From IMG/VR virus record IMGVR_UViG_3300027777_000022: a stretch of DNA of 64,000 nucleotides. One strand, 5' to 3'. This document shows positions 1 to 9,375 of this stretch, in pieces. The translations under genes were made by a program, and so were the position numbers. This stretch comes from a virus. Lineage: Duplodnaviria; Heunggongvirae; Uroviricota; Caudoviricetes. Each line of letters begins with the position of its first letter. Position 1 is the stretch's first letter. Below the pieces are notes generated by a model. That model saw only the letters and a list, made by a program, of their open reading frames with translations, had not been told where the DNA came from and searched no databases.

Positions 1-258
1 TTGATCTAATTGTTGTATTTGTCTAGCCAAATTAAGGTGGTTTAGATTGTCTGCTATACACCACGCTAGTGCAGGTTTGGTTCCAGAGAATGTGCCAATA
101 TCATCATCACGCATGCGAACTTGAACGCCTGCAGGTACAGGTTGGATGGTGTATTTGCCAAATGCTCGATACTTTTTGCCATCTTCTATGATCACTTTGT
201 CCAGCAGCAAAGGCAGCTCTTTTGCTGCCAACGCAGCCAATTTACAACTGGCTTTCAT
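1..258 (-). CDS. Hypothetical protein, 3' end runs off the window
   Basis: Manual translation MKASCKLAALAAKELPLLLDKVII...; ATG overlaps the TGA of the upstream gene (ATGA); frame open to base 1. Confidence 0.7.
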   Translation of the reverse strand, partial: MKASCKLAALAAKELPLLLDKVIIEDGKKYRAFGKYTIQPVPAGVQVRMRDDDIGTFSGTKPALAWCIADNLNHLNLARQIQQLDQ

Positions 259-515
259 TTGAATACGTAATTTGTCAGCATCCAACCTACTGTGGCCACA
301 AGGAATCCAATGATACCAATTCCCCAACTGATCAGCTGATCAGTACGTTTGTTGGACATGGTTTGCACCATGCTGTGTACTTCCGAAGTCATGGTTTTAA
401 CTGAGCCAATATCGGACTCAACATTTTCAATCTTGAGTTCCAACATTCGGTAACGTTCAGCACAAAGCTCAACGTGGGCCTCTAAACTTTTCTTTTCAAT
501 ATCTGTAGTGTCCAT
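255..515 (-). CDS. Small coiled-coil protein with C-terminal transmembrane helix (XhlA/holin-like)
   Basis: Heptad-like N-terminal half, hydrophobic WGIGIIGFLVATVGWML tail; TAAATA 4 nt upstream of ATG. Confidence 0.6.
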   Translation of the reverse strand: MDTTDIEKKSLEAHVELCAERYRMLELKIENVESDIGSVKTMTSEVHSMVQTMSNKRTDQLISWGIGIIGFLVATVGWMLTNYVFK

Positions 516-518
516 GAG

Positions 519-929
519 TTATTTATGGTTCAAGGGGTCAAACCAGATGTTCACACCTGGACGTAACAACGTGGTCAGTTGTTGTTCAACATAGTTAATG
601 ATGGGTACACCATCGCATGCTTGTCGTAGTCTTCCCACAGGATCATCATTGACTCTAAATACATCATCAAAATCTGTATCAAACTCAAATTGCCAACGTT
701 GATCTTTGGCACGCACTTGTGATACTCGTACTGGTTGTGTGTAGAGACCAATCAACTGCATGATGGTTTCCCAGTTGCGTTGTTGGTTTCGACTGCGTAC
801 CCATGTGGATACGTCAGTTACTTGTTGGCCTAGATGATCCGTAAACGGCAACAAATTTTCTCTCAGATGCCCAGTAACTCCGGTGGGCCTGCAATCAAAG
901 TCGGTGGTTATTTGTATACTCAGTGTCAT
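519..929 (-). CDS. Hypothetical phage protein
   Basis: 136-aa ORF in tight gene array, TAAATA 4 nt upstream of ATG. Confidence 0.7.
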   Translation of the reverse strand: MTLSIQITTDFDCRPTGVTGHLRENLLPFTDHLGQQVTDVSTWVRSRNQQRNWETIMQLIGLYTQPVRVSQVRAKDQRWQFEFDTDFDDVFRVNDDPVGRLRQACDGVPIINYVEQQLTTLLRPGVNIWFDPLNHK

Positions 930-944
930 ATGGTATTTACGGCC

Positions 945-978
945 AAAAAAAAGCCTTGGAAATTAATCCAAGGCTTTT
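945..978 (-). terminator. Rho-independent terminator (possibly bidirectional)
   Basis: AAAAGCCTTGGA-aattaa-TCCAAGGCTTTT stem with a long T-tract on the minus strand, just after the 1000..1431 gene. Confidence 0.85.
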
Positions 979-999
979 GTTCTTTACTACTGCCTGGAA

Positions 1000-1431
1000 T
1001 TAGACAGGAGCAAAGTTGGTTGCACTTGTGGTAAACACAGCATTACCAGCGCATGAGTTCAATTGCAAGTTCTGACCACCAGACGCCACTGTGGCACTGG
1101 TATTAGCAATGGCCAACAGTGTCACATTGCTGTACACATCTGTTGGGTAGATAGCCAAGTTCAACACTGTGGGTGCTGCCGGGCTGACCTGATACATTGC
1201 TACTGTGGCCTTGGTCTGGATGGCTTGCATCAGGTTGTTGATGTAGCCATTGACGTTAGCAGAAGTTGTCAACGCACCATTGGCTACCAAGCTGAAAAAG
1301 TCCAGCTTGGGGCCTTGGAAGTTAACCGAGCCTGTGGCTGCAATGTTAGCTGTACCTTGAATGTTGCCATTCGCAGTGTCCATGTGGAATACCGGTTGGG
1401 TAGTTCCGTTTACTCTTGTAAATACTGCCAT
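1000..1431 (-). CDS. Putative virion structural protein (Ala/Thr/Asn-rich)
   Basis: Own TAAATA promoter (1470-1475), AGGAG RBS and own terminator; composition typical of virion proteins. Confidence 0.6.
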   Translation of the reverse strand: MAVFTRVNGTTQPVFHMDTANGNIQGTANIAATGSVNFQGPKLDFFSLVANGALTTSANVNGYINNLMQAIQTKATVAMYQVSPAAPTVLNLAIYPTDVYSNVTLLAIANTSATVASGGQNLQLNSCAGNAVFTTSATNFAPV

Positions 1432-1491
1432 TTTAAAATCTCCTAGTTAGTGGGTTTTTGCCCTACACTTATTTATGAATTTGGCAAAAAA

Positions 1492-3471
1492 TTACACGGT
1501 TGGCGGATTGTTTCGTGCTTTGTTTCTGGCAGTAAAGTCAAATCTGTTGACTGCTTTGCCATAGCCTGCAGGGGTGGCAAACACCCATCCTTCGTTACCG
1601 GGCACTTGCGCATCTAACTGTGATAACAGATCCAGCTTCAAGTCATGCAACAATTCAAACAACAAAAACGCAGCAGCCAATGCCTGCTCGTTTGATGTAG
1701 GGCTGCGTAGGTATTGTGCAATGTTGTTGACTTTTTGCGGAGTTTGAGTCTGCTGCAACCAAGACAAAAATCCTGGAACCAGATCGCTAAAGTCACCAGT
1801 GTATGCTGCATGATTTGGATCCACTCGCTTGTTGATATAATCCACTGCCAGCTTGGCCAAATCCGTAATCTTCATAGCACGCAACTCTGCAGGATTAAAC
1901 AATGTGTCTAATGCTGCACGGTTTTGACGCAATAACTTCTTGATCTCTTTTGTTATGGCATCGTTCTTTGGAACAGGTTTGGCATAGATGGGTTCAATCA
2001 ACAACAATCCAGGTACAGGATTGAACTTGACTCTGCTGAGTGGTTGTTTAGCAGCACCTGCATCTTCATACATGGTATGCACTGCCACACCCACGTCGCT
2101 ATTGGCAATTTGCTGGCCCAACTTGCTGTTCACAGGAATGCGATACTGTACTGTGTTGGGTTGGAATACCAGATTGCCGGCTTCCACTGGCGGTGTTTGT
2201 GTGTATAACAAATCACCTTTAACAAACCCACGGAAGTTTTCTGGAGTTGCGGCTTCAAGATATGGCCAGATGGTTTGATAAACCGGCAACAATGTTGCAA
2301 CTCGTGTGGCTGCATTGCCTTTGGCTGCTGCATTGGCATCTCTGCGAGCCATGTCATTTGCAATGGCATCCGGACTGGTGAACAATCCGTCATAGCCGGC
2401 AGCAGTGAAACCTGCATCATCTGTGAGCACAAACTCACCAGTTTCTGGTTTGCGGCCAAACACCACAGCAGGTTTTCCATCCCACTTTACTGATCCAGTT
2501 TTGGGATTGGTATAGAATGAATCTGCAATGGCCAATGCTCGATCAACACCAGCTGTGCCTTGACGAAACACATAATCCTCCAGGTGCTCAATGCCCTTGG
2601 CTTTGCCGCCTACAGCAGCGGGTTCTGCTTCGTAAAGATGATATGTTTTTTTAGTTTCAATCAATGGTAGCATGCCTTGATTTACAATTCTATCACGTAG
2701 TCGTGCTAGGAAGTTTACGTCATTTTCTTTCACTGTGGTAGCAGGCTCTTGTAATCCTTCACGTGAGAGATATTCACGGAAGTCTGCTAATTTGGTGTCA
2801 CGTGCAGGATCTTGTGATAGTGCAGCATAGATGGATTCTACATTTTTTAGATTCTCACGGGTGGCACCCGGGCCTAGCAATACACTGGCCACATAGTCAG
2901 GGTCCATTCCGCCATCGACCAGTTGATTTGTTGTGCGAGAAAACATGCCATTGGCACCCACTTTGAGTCCCAATTGCTTGGCTATGCTGCTCATGAGCAC
3001 ATTGCGATTCATACCTTTGTATGCTGAATCTGTGCCCCCAGCATAAAAAAACTGTCCCCAATCCAGGTTAGGAAAGAACATAAAATCTGTTTGTACAAAG
3101 CCCTTGTTGGAATCACCACCAATGGGTGTGCGTAAATGTACTTCGCCACTTTTTTTGACCCATTCCCTAGGATCAAGCCCTTGACTTTGCACAAACTGTG
3201 TAAGAGTAGCAGCCAATTGTTCCTTGCTGATCTCATTGAGATCCACAGCAAGATCAAGATCGCCTGATGTGGGTTTTTTACCAGTGCTACCCAACCAACG
3301 TAGTGGTATTCCGTCAGAGCCTTTTTCTGTAGTAAAATCTATACCAGTCACTTGTTCAATCCAGTCAACTGTAGCAGGCACATCTTGAAGATTGATACGT
3401 TGTGTCAATGGTTCACCCAACTTGGTTTTGAATACGTTGCCACCTTCAAGTAGCTGTTTAATTTGCATCAC
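1492..3471 (-). CDS. Fusion of Pol-beta-like nucleotidyltransferase domain and C-terminal ATP-dependent ligase-like (DUF6267-like) domain
   Basis: LGSTGKK..SGDLDLAVD plus VQTDF (GS/DxD/D signature); C-terminal KWDG, GDLLY, EGWV..K resembling ligase motifs I, III, IV, V. Confidence 0.65.
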   Translation of the reverse strand: MMQIKQLLEGGNVFKTKLGEPLTQRINLQDVPATVDWIEQVTGIDFTTEKGSDGIPLRWLGSTGKKPTSGDLDLAVDLNEISKEQLAATLTQFVQSQGLDPREWVKKSGEVHLRTPIGGDSNKGFVQTDFMFFPNLDWGQFFYAGGTDSAYKGMNRNVLMSSIAKQLGLKVGANGMFSRTTNQLVDGGMDPDYVASVLLGPGATRENLKNVESIYAALSQDPARDTKLADFREYLSREGLQEPATTVKENDVNFLARLRDRIVNQGMLPLIETKKTYHLYEAEPAAVGGKAKGIEHLEDYVFRQGTAGVDRALAIADSFYTNPKTGSVKWDGKPAVVFGRKPETGEFVLTDDAGFTAAGYDGLFTSPDAIANDMARRDANAAAKGNAATRVATLLPVYQTIWPYLEAATPENFRGFVKGDLLYTQTPPVEAGNLVFQPNTVQYRIPVNSKLGQQIANSDVGVAVHTMYEDAGAAKQPLSRVKFNPVPGLLLIEPIYAKPVPKNDAITKEIKKLLRQNRAALDTLFNPAELRAMKITDLAKLAVDYINKRVDPNHAAYTGDFSDLVPGFLSWLQQTQTPQKVNNIAQYLRSPTSNEQALAAAFLLFELLHDLKLDLLSQLDAQVPGNEGWVFATPAGYGKAVNRFDFTARNKARNNPPTV

Positions 3472-3703
3472 TGCGCCTCACTGTTCTAGCAAATTTTCCT
3501 GCATCTCGTGTACGGATAGCATTGAGCAATTTGCGTGTTAAATTTTCTGCTTGTTCTTGGGTGTAGGAAGCATCGATCTGTTCCAGCAGATTGATTGCGC
3601 CAGCAATGATATTTGCAGCACGGCTCTCTATCACTAGGTCGCGTTCGCGCTCAATGTACATAGAATCTAATTCTTCTAGTAAACTACGAGTGCGTTTCTG
3701 CAT
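3458..3703 (-). CDS. Hypothetical helical protein
   Basis: 81-aa ORF downstream of TAAATA (3723-3728), overlaps next gene. Confidence 0.7.
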   Translation of the reverse strand: MQKRTRSLLEELDSMYIERERDLVIESRAANIIAGAINLLEQIDASYTQEQAENLTRKLLNAIRTRDAGKFARTVRRSDAN

Positions 3704-3721
3704 ATGGATAAGGCCCTTGAC

Positions 3722-4732
3722 TTATTTATTGATTTTAGTTCCACATACATCATTACAAATTATCAAACGCCCTTGTTCGAATGCGGGTATTTCCCAAGTG
3801 GCAACCACTTTATTAAACCAAGAAATACAATCTTTAAGAGAGTTCTCTAATGCGTTGTTCTCACCAATCAATGGAGTTAGTTGAGAGTTAACAGCACTAT
3901 GATAATTGCCATGCCCGTAGGTCTTGGGGCTAAACCCAAGAAAGCAACAGGGATATACCTCACCTATACTAGTGATATATAATGACTTTTGTTTTTTTAC
4001 TTTACAACTAATCGTAGCCGGAGAGCGACCTGGAGTGATATCTTCAAGAATCACTGTGTCCTGAGTTCGAGTTTTCCATAGTATTTCAAAATTTGTTTCA
4101 GTGGAATTGCCCATTACATGTACTAGATTTTTATTTTTATCAAAAACCGGTCCCTGATTTCTCCCGTGGTCTAATAGAATAAAATTTTGAAATCCTATCT
4201 CTTCACTAAGTTGTCTAGCTTGATCTTGTTGGTGACGATTGTGATCAAAATCAATCATCTTCCAACTGGCCGTTCCGCCCGCTTCTAGGAATATCTTAGC
4301 ATTTTTTATCACAGTTGAATACATTGTATTTTGTCTGTAAAGACTATGAACTTCATCTATGCCGTCGATACAAAATAATACGGCCACTTCTTCATGGGCT
4401 AATGCTTGCCAAAAATCACGATCTCTTGCTCCGCCATTGGTACTGATTGTAATTTGAAGTTGTGGATTGTGTAATTTAAAGTATTTAACAATAGCGACAG
4501 TGGCCTGATTCATTACCGCATCACCAAAGTTACCATTGATAAAAACTTCCGTTATCTGTTTTAAAAATTCTGGCTGGAATATTTGTTGAGCTTGCGCTAA
4601 TGTCATGTCATGTTCAATGTAACCGTCATTGTGCGGATATCCATAGAAATTTCTCGGGCACAATGGGCAGGCTGCATTGCATCTACTAGATATTTCTAGA
4701 TGAACATGTGTTATTTCTTCAATACTATACAT
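3722..4732 (-). CDS. Radical SAM protein with C-terminal SPASM/twitch-like domain
   Basis: CNAACPLC (CxxxCxxC), STNGG, C-terminal C...GEVYPCC...CNDVC. Confidence 0.85.
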   Translation of the reverse strand: MYSIEEITHVHLEISSRCNAACPLCPRNFYGYPHNDGYIEHDMTLAQAQQIFQPEFLKQITEVFINGNFGDAVMNQATVAIVKYFKLHNPQLQITISTNGGARDRDFWQALAHEEVAVLFCIDGIDEVHSLYRQNTMYSTVIKNAKIFLEAGGTASWKMIDFDHNRHQQDQARQLSEEIGFQNFILLDHGRNQGPVFDKNKNLVHVMGNSTETNFEILWKTRTQDTVILEDITPGRSPATISCKVKKQKSLYITSIGEVYPCCFLGFSPKTYGHGNYHSAVNSQLTPLIGENNALENSLKDCISWFNKVVATWEIPAFEQGRLIICNDVCGTKINK

Positions 4733-4735
4733 ATT

Positions 4736-6163
4736 TTATACAGTTTTGATCTTGCCCAACAACTGCTTTAGCTTGGTGCTTTGCACATCTGCAGAAATTT
4801 TTGGATCCAATGGATCATGCCCATCTTTGGGTTTTGGTCGTTCCCACCCGCCAGTGGATTCGGACGGAGTAACTGATGTTTTTGCTTTGATAGAATCCAT
4901 CAAGCTGGGTTTGCGGAATGAGTTTTCACTGTCTTCACCACCGGCATCGGTGATACGCATGGTATCAATATTGTATTCAAGATCAATCTTTTGTCCTACG
5001 CCTGTTGAACTACGTGACTTCATACACTGAATTTGATACTTGCCACGCTCTTTCATTTGTCTGCTGGTAAAGATACCAAACACATTGTCTGCTGTGTTGA
5101 TTTTGGATATACCACCAGAAATATGACTGTGATCAAACTCTACTTCTTCCACTGCTGATCTATTCAACTGACTTGCAGTGACCATGAGTATTTGTAGTTC
5201 TTTGGCCAAGTTACGCAGTTCTTCACTCACATACTTGTCTTTCACAAACAAGTCATTAGGGCTTACCTTTGCACTCACGGGCATCAACAAGTCTAAATAA
5301 TCAATCATCACAAAGTCCACACGTTTACCTGTTTGTATTTGATATTCTTTCAAGTAAGCACGAATATCATTGATATTGCTCTGTGCCGGTAGTCCTTTCA
5401 CTTGATAGTTACCAGATTTCTTGCCTACCATTTTTACTTTGAGTTCAGTGGTATCAATGTCCTTGCGAATATCCTTTGTGCTCATGTTTGTAAGCATGGC
5501 ATCAGTTCTCAAACTTGTGAGTTCTTCACTCAATTCCAGCGTGATGTATACTCCGCTTAGTCCGGCCTGAACCCAATTCAATGCTATGTTCATCATCACA
5601 AGACTCTTGCCTGAGCCTGATCCACCTGCAAAGATGTTGAGTTCTCCGCGACTGAATCCGCCATACAGCAGTCGATCCATCTGCGGCCATCCTGTGCTGA
5701 CTTGCCCACCAGAGTTGAAATACTTTTCAATTCTGCCTTTGGGATCAGCAAAGTAATCTGTGCCCATGTCCTTGGTCAGACTAATCTGTACAGCATCTTT
5801 GATCAGTTTCTCTACTGGATCGTAATCACCCTTCTCCAACAAGTCTGCTGCTTTGAGAATAGCACGTTCTAGCTCTTGGCGTCGAGTAAATGCTTCAAAC
5901 TCAGTCATGAACCATTCAAAGTGACCTTCATTTAGTTCAGGCACTGGTTGTAATTTTACTCCTGTTGTGGCCGATATCTGTGCTCGATCAGGAAGTGTTT
6001 TGTATCGGTCTCCGTGCTCTTTAAGAAACTCAGCAGCTGGTCTCAAACTTCTATCAAAGTTCTCTGGATTATAAATGTTCTGCACACGCACATAGCCTTG
6101 TGCATCCTCCAGCATCATTTCTAGAAATAACTTTTGTACTTTAATTCCGTAGTCTTTTAACAA
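4736..6163 (-). CDS. DnaB-like replicative helicase (T4 gp41-like)
   Basis: Walker A GGSGSGKS, ITLEL, VMIDYLDL, TASQLNR, KSR motifs. Confidence 0.93.
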   Translation of the reverse strand: MLKDYGIKVQKLFLEMMLEDAQGYVRVQNIYNPENFDRSLRPAAEFLKEHGDRYKTLPDRAQISATTGVKLQPVPELNEGHFEWFMTEFEAFTRRQELERAILKAADLLEKGDYDPVEKLIKDAVQISLTKDMGTDYFADPKGRIEKYFNSGGQVSTGWPQMDRLLYGGFSRGELNIFAGGSGSGKSLVMMNIALNWVQAGLSGVYITLELSEELTSLRTDAMLTNMSTKDIRKDIDTTELKVKMVGKKSGNYQVKGLPAQSNINDIRAYLKEYQIQTGKRVDFVMIDYLDLLMPVSAKVSPNDLFVKDKYVSEELRNLAKELQILMVTASQLNRSAVEEVEFDHSHISGGISKINTADNVFGIFTSRQMKERGKYQIQCMKSRSSTGVGQKIDLEYNIDTMRITDAGGEDSENSFRKPSLMDSIKAKTSVTPSESTGGWERPKPKDGHDPLDPKISADVQSTKLKQLLGKIKTV

Positions 6164-7115
6164 GATTTTTCTTCCTTAGTTCTATTTTAATTCTGCTGGT
6201 TTCGCGATTTTCAAATATAGTCAGCAGAGTTGCCAGTCGTCCGTAACGAACCACACTGTCGTTCACATCCTTGATGTCGTCGGGCCATGGTGGCATGCTT
6301 ACTGCCCATCCCAGTTCCACAGCACGATCCACCAGTTCCATGCCTGCCAAGTCCTGATCAGGTACCACAGTAATCTCTCGGCCAAGGCTGCGAATCAATC
6401 GTGCTTGCTGATCAGATATGGTGCTGTGCATCACTGCTAGACCCCCAATACACAGCGCATCAAACACACCCTCTACCACAATTGTATTAGTCCAGTCTGC
6501 ATGCTGCAAGTCTGTACCAAACACGTAGCCTGGTTGACTGCTGCTGATGTATTTGGGTTTTCTGTTATCTAAGTATCGTTCTGTATGTCCTACCACACGG
6601 TTATGATGTGTGAATGGGATAATCACTGCTGGTCGATGATCCTGATGATTTTTAAAAATCAATGCAGGATAATCTTCAGGCACTCGTCGATGCCGTAGAT
6701 ACTCTTTAAACTGATTTTCTTCAGTCAACAACTCAGTCAATGGTGGTAACTCTTGTTCTTCAAACGTGATATCAGCCAGGATATCAAATGTACGTTGTCG
6801 ATCATCAATGATGCCGTATATGCCTCGATGTCTTAGACTTTCTAGGTTCAGCATATCAATTTCAGCATCGGGCACACCCATCCAACTCAAGAGCCTACGG
6901 GCCTTATAACTTAATGTACGGCCAAGGATAAAGCTAGCGGTGTAGTTGCAGTTAAAGCAGTGATAACTCCAACCTTGTTCTGATGGTTTGATGCCACCAC
7001 GATTGCGGTGATCTTTTGTACTGCTATTATGTTGACAACATACTGCATTGAAACTTATCCAACCTGATGGGGTGGCTTTTCGTTTCGCAGGCAAATACTC
7101 AAGGATGTCTAGCAT
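6141..7115 (-). CDS. DNA primase (T4 gp61-like, Zn finger + TOPRIM)
   Basis: CC..H/CFNC zinc-binding region, VEGVFDA, PDQDLAG, KDVND; adjacent to helicase. Confidence 0.9.
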   Translation of the reverse strand: MLDILEYLPAKRKATPSGWISFNAVCCQHNSSTKDHRNRGGIKPSEQGWSYHCFNCNYTASFILGRTLSYKARRLLSWMGVPDAEIDMLNLESLRHRGIYGIIDDRQRTFDILADITFEEQELPPLTELLTEENQFKEYLRHRRVPEDYPALIFKNHQDHRPAVIIPFTHHNRVVGHTERYLDNRKPKYISSSQPGYVFGTDLQHADWTNTIVVEGVFDALCIGGLAVMHSTISDQQARLIRSLGREITVVPDQDLAGMELVDRAVELGWAVSMPPWPDDIKDVNDSVVRYGRLATLLTIFENRETSRIKIELRKKNLVKRLRN

Positions 7116-7117
7116 CC

Positions 7118-7852
7118 TTACATTGTAGCAGAGTCTATAGTAGAAATCAACTTTTCAGCAATCATCACATGTCCAATCTCGTTGGGATGTCCGCCAGGCT
7201 TGATCAGTTCGCGTTTCTGGTTGCCTGGATGATCGCGAAACCAAAGCGTAGTTGCAAAGTCGGGCCAAATTATGGTGGGGGTATTCTTCATTTTGCAGTC
7301 ACCGGGCATGACATGAAATTGCATCATGGGTATGTTGTGTCTGGCAGCAACCCCATCAAAAAATAATAAAGTTTGTTGGTAATTCAATCTTGCTAAATCG
7401 GCACAGTTAGTAAGCACCAGTTGTTGTTTGACCATGTTGCGGAATTCTTCAGGAATTACACTGCTTCCATATTCTACCCAGGTTGAATGAATAAACTTGT
7501 TCCATGGAGCATCATTTCCGTAGCTTTTATGATTGGGATTGTAGAAACTGAGTCTGTCGGAATCAGTGTGCCCTACCAGTACCAAACAGTTTTCTAGATC
7601 AGGTTCATGATCCAACCACCACTGGAATGTCCAAATTGAGCTTTGCATTGACCCGCCTGGGATACCAAAGTTTTCAATGGGTACATTGTAATGTTTGCCA
7701 ACCAGCCCTAGAAAGTTATGACTGTTTCGATATGTTTCATTCTGTGTCCAACATGAATGTGCATTGGCATGTTTGAGAACCAGATCTGGATCCAGCAACT
7801 CATCACCATACATCCACGAATCACCAAATCCTACAATTTTTTTATATTTCAT
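7118..7852 (-). CDS. SGNH/GDSL hydrolase-like protein
   Basis: GFGDSWMYG block I, NFGIPGGS block II, C-terminal GGHPN. Confidence 0.7.
   Translation of the reverse strand: MKYKKIVGFGDSWMYGDELLDPDLVLKHANAHSCWTQNETYRNSHNFLGLVGKHYNVPIENFGIPGGSMQSSIWTFQWWLDHEPDLENCLVLVGHTDSDRLSFYNPNHKSYGNDAPWNKFIHSTWVEYGSSVIPEEFRNMVKQQLVLTNCADLARLNYQQTLLFFDGVAARHNIPMMQFHVMPGDCKMKNTPTIIWPDFATTLWFRDHPGNQKRELIKPGGHPNEIGHVMIAEKLISTIDSATM
7122..7150 (-). promoter_or_regulatory. Sigma70-type promoter of primase (leaderless)
   Basis: TTGATT-N17-TACAAT with extended TG; -10 ends 6 nt before ATG at 7115. Confidence 0.7.
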
Positions 7853-8937
7853 CTAACTAATATGCTTACAATGGCTCCACGATTTAGACTGACCGCAGCA
7901 ATTTGGTTGCTTTGCTGTGGGTTACTAACATAGCCTTGACCACCATTAATAACATTTATGGCACTTACTGAGGTACCTTCAATTTCTGCCTCGGCCACAG
8001 CACCCGCACCCAGACCAATGATGTTCACACGTGGTGGCGCTAGATATCCGTATCCAGACTGTGTCACAGTTATACTTGTGATCACTCCGTTGGCCCCATA
8101 TGCTGTGGCTGTGGCCAATTGTACCTGTTCTGTACCTGGCCATTGATCTGCCACAAGTCTCAACAAAGGATGATATCCCAATACATTGATATAGTCCGTA
8201 CCAGTTTTATTGTAATAACTTTGCTGTTCAGTAACATCTACCCAAACTGATTCATATGTTTGCGCACCTTGTGCTTTGACATTGCCAGTGAAGTGATCCA
8301 TCTCCATTTGAAATGTGGTCAAACTGGTTCCATTGCTGTTCACATGACTACTGAATCGTTGCGGGTCGTTGTAAACATTTCCGTATGCACCTGGTGGATT
8401 TAATGCCCAGTCTGGATAGTTGGCACTGAATACAGGATCTAGAAATGCTTCTGGACCGTAGATGTTGGGTATAGTTACCAAGTGGCTGGGAACAAAAGCA
8501 GGCTTTACTGAGTCTACGATATCTACATCACCACGAGCCTGTGCTTGTGCATCCACAAACACAGCCTCCACTAGATTGCCACTGGTACGTTCTATACTGT
8601 AGCTGCTGGGTTCGGGTGGAAATTCAGAAGTCTCTGCAGAGGTCAATGTGATTTTGGCACGTCCGTACTGTGCGCTGATGATGACCATGTCTTTTTCGAT
8701 CAACTGTGCAGTACCTGCTAGATTGATCAATTTGAATCGTAAGTCACTTCCTGTGATGTTCACAGGCTTTTGGTCTTGATTAACAAACTCAAACAAGATC
8801 ACGTTGTCAACACCTTTGTTGATGGTTAATTTTTTAGCGTACACAGGGTCCCACCTCCGGTCAAAATAAGCACCGCTGGAATCCAAGACCAACACTCGTT
8901 GGATTTGCTGATAGATATAGATCTGAGTTGAATACAT
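7849..8937 (-). CDS. Virion structural protein (BppU-like N-terminus; C-terminal beta-rich ITVTQSGYGY repeats)
   Basis: FEFVNQDQKPVNITG, ITVTQSGYGY/VINGGQGY repeats; start moved to ATG 8937 behind GGAG. Confidence 0.6.
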   Translation of the reverse strand: MYSTQIYIYQQIQRVLVLDSSGAYFDRRWDPVYAKKLTINKGVDNVILFEFVNQDQKPVNITGSDLRFKLINLAGTAQLIEKDMVIISAQYGRAKITLTSAETSEFPPEPSSYSIERTSGNLVEAVFVDAQAQARGDVDIVDSVKPAFVPSHLVTIPNIYGPEAFLDPVFSANYPDWALNPPGAYGNVYNDPQRFSSHVNSNGTSLTTFQMEMDHFTGNVKAQGAQTYESVWVDVTEQQSYYNKTGTDYINVLGYHPLLRLVADQWPGTEQVQLATATAYGANGVITSITVTQSGYGYLAPPRVNIIGLGAGAVAEAEIEGTSVSAINVINGGQGYVSNPQQSNQIAAVSLNRGAIVSILVR

Positions 8938-8952
8938 ATGGCGCTCCAATGA

Positions 8953-8981
8953 TATTTACCTAGAGTCTCTTGGTATAAATA
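8953..8981. promoter_or_regulatory. Divergent late-type promoters
   Basis: TAAATA on minus (8953-8958) and full T4 late consensus TATAAATA on plus (8974-8981). Confidence 0.65.
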
Positions 8982-8997
8982 TCCGAAATAGTATAAT

Positions 8998-9375
8998 ATG
9001 GGCAGAGACTTATTTCAAAAACTTGCTGACAAATATCCATTTATAACGCTGTGTGTGTATGCCACCAACGAATATGTGGGCATTGTACAGAATAGAGATG
9101 ATATAATCACCACCATCTATGACTTTGGAAATGTAAAAGATCTAGAGCAAAAACGTCGTTACTTGGATTTGGCCAACACCTGGTGGTGGGAATCCAATCG
9201 ATCAATACCCATTAACATATTCCTGCGTGGTGAATGGGATGAATTCCGTGGCTGTTTACGAACGTTTGTAAACAAGGACTTGGAAATACTGCACGGTCCT
9301 GTATGCAGCTTGAACGATATTGCCCGTAGAAAAAGCAAACGAAAGAGCATCACTTTAGTGAGGCGAATTGAGTAA
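8998..9375 (+). CDS. Hypothetical phage protein
   Basis: 125-aa ORF, WWWESNRSIPIN motif, basic C-terminus, downstream of TATAAATA. Confidence 0.75.
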   Translation: MGRDLFQKLADKYPFITLCVYATNEYVGIVQNRDDIITTIYDFGNVKDLEQKRRYLDLANTWWWESNRSIPINIFLRGEWDEFRGCLRTFVNKDLEILHGPVCSLNDIARRKSKRKSITLVRRIE

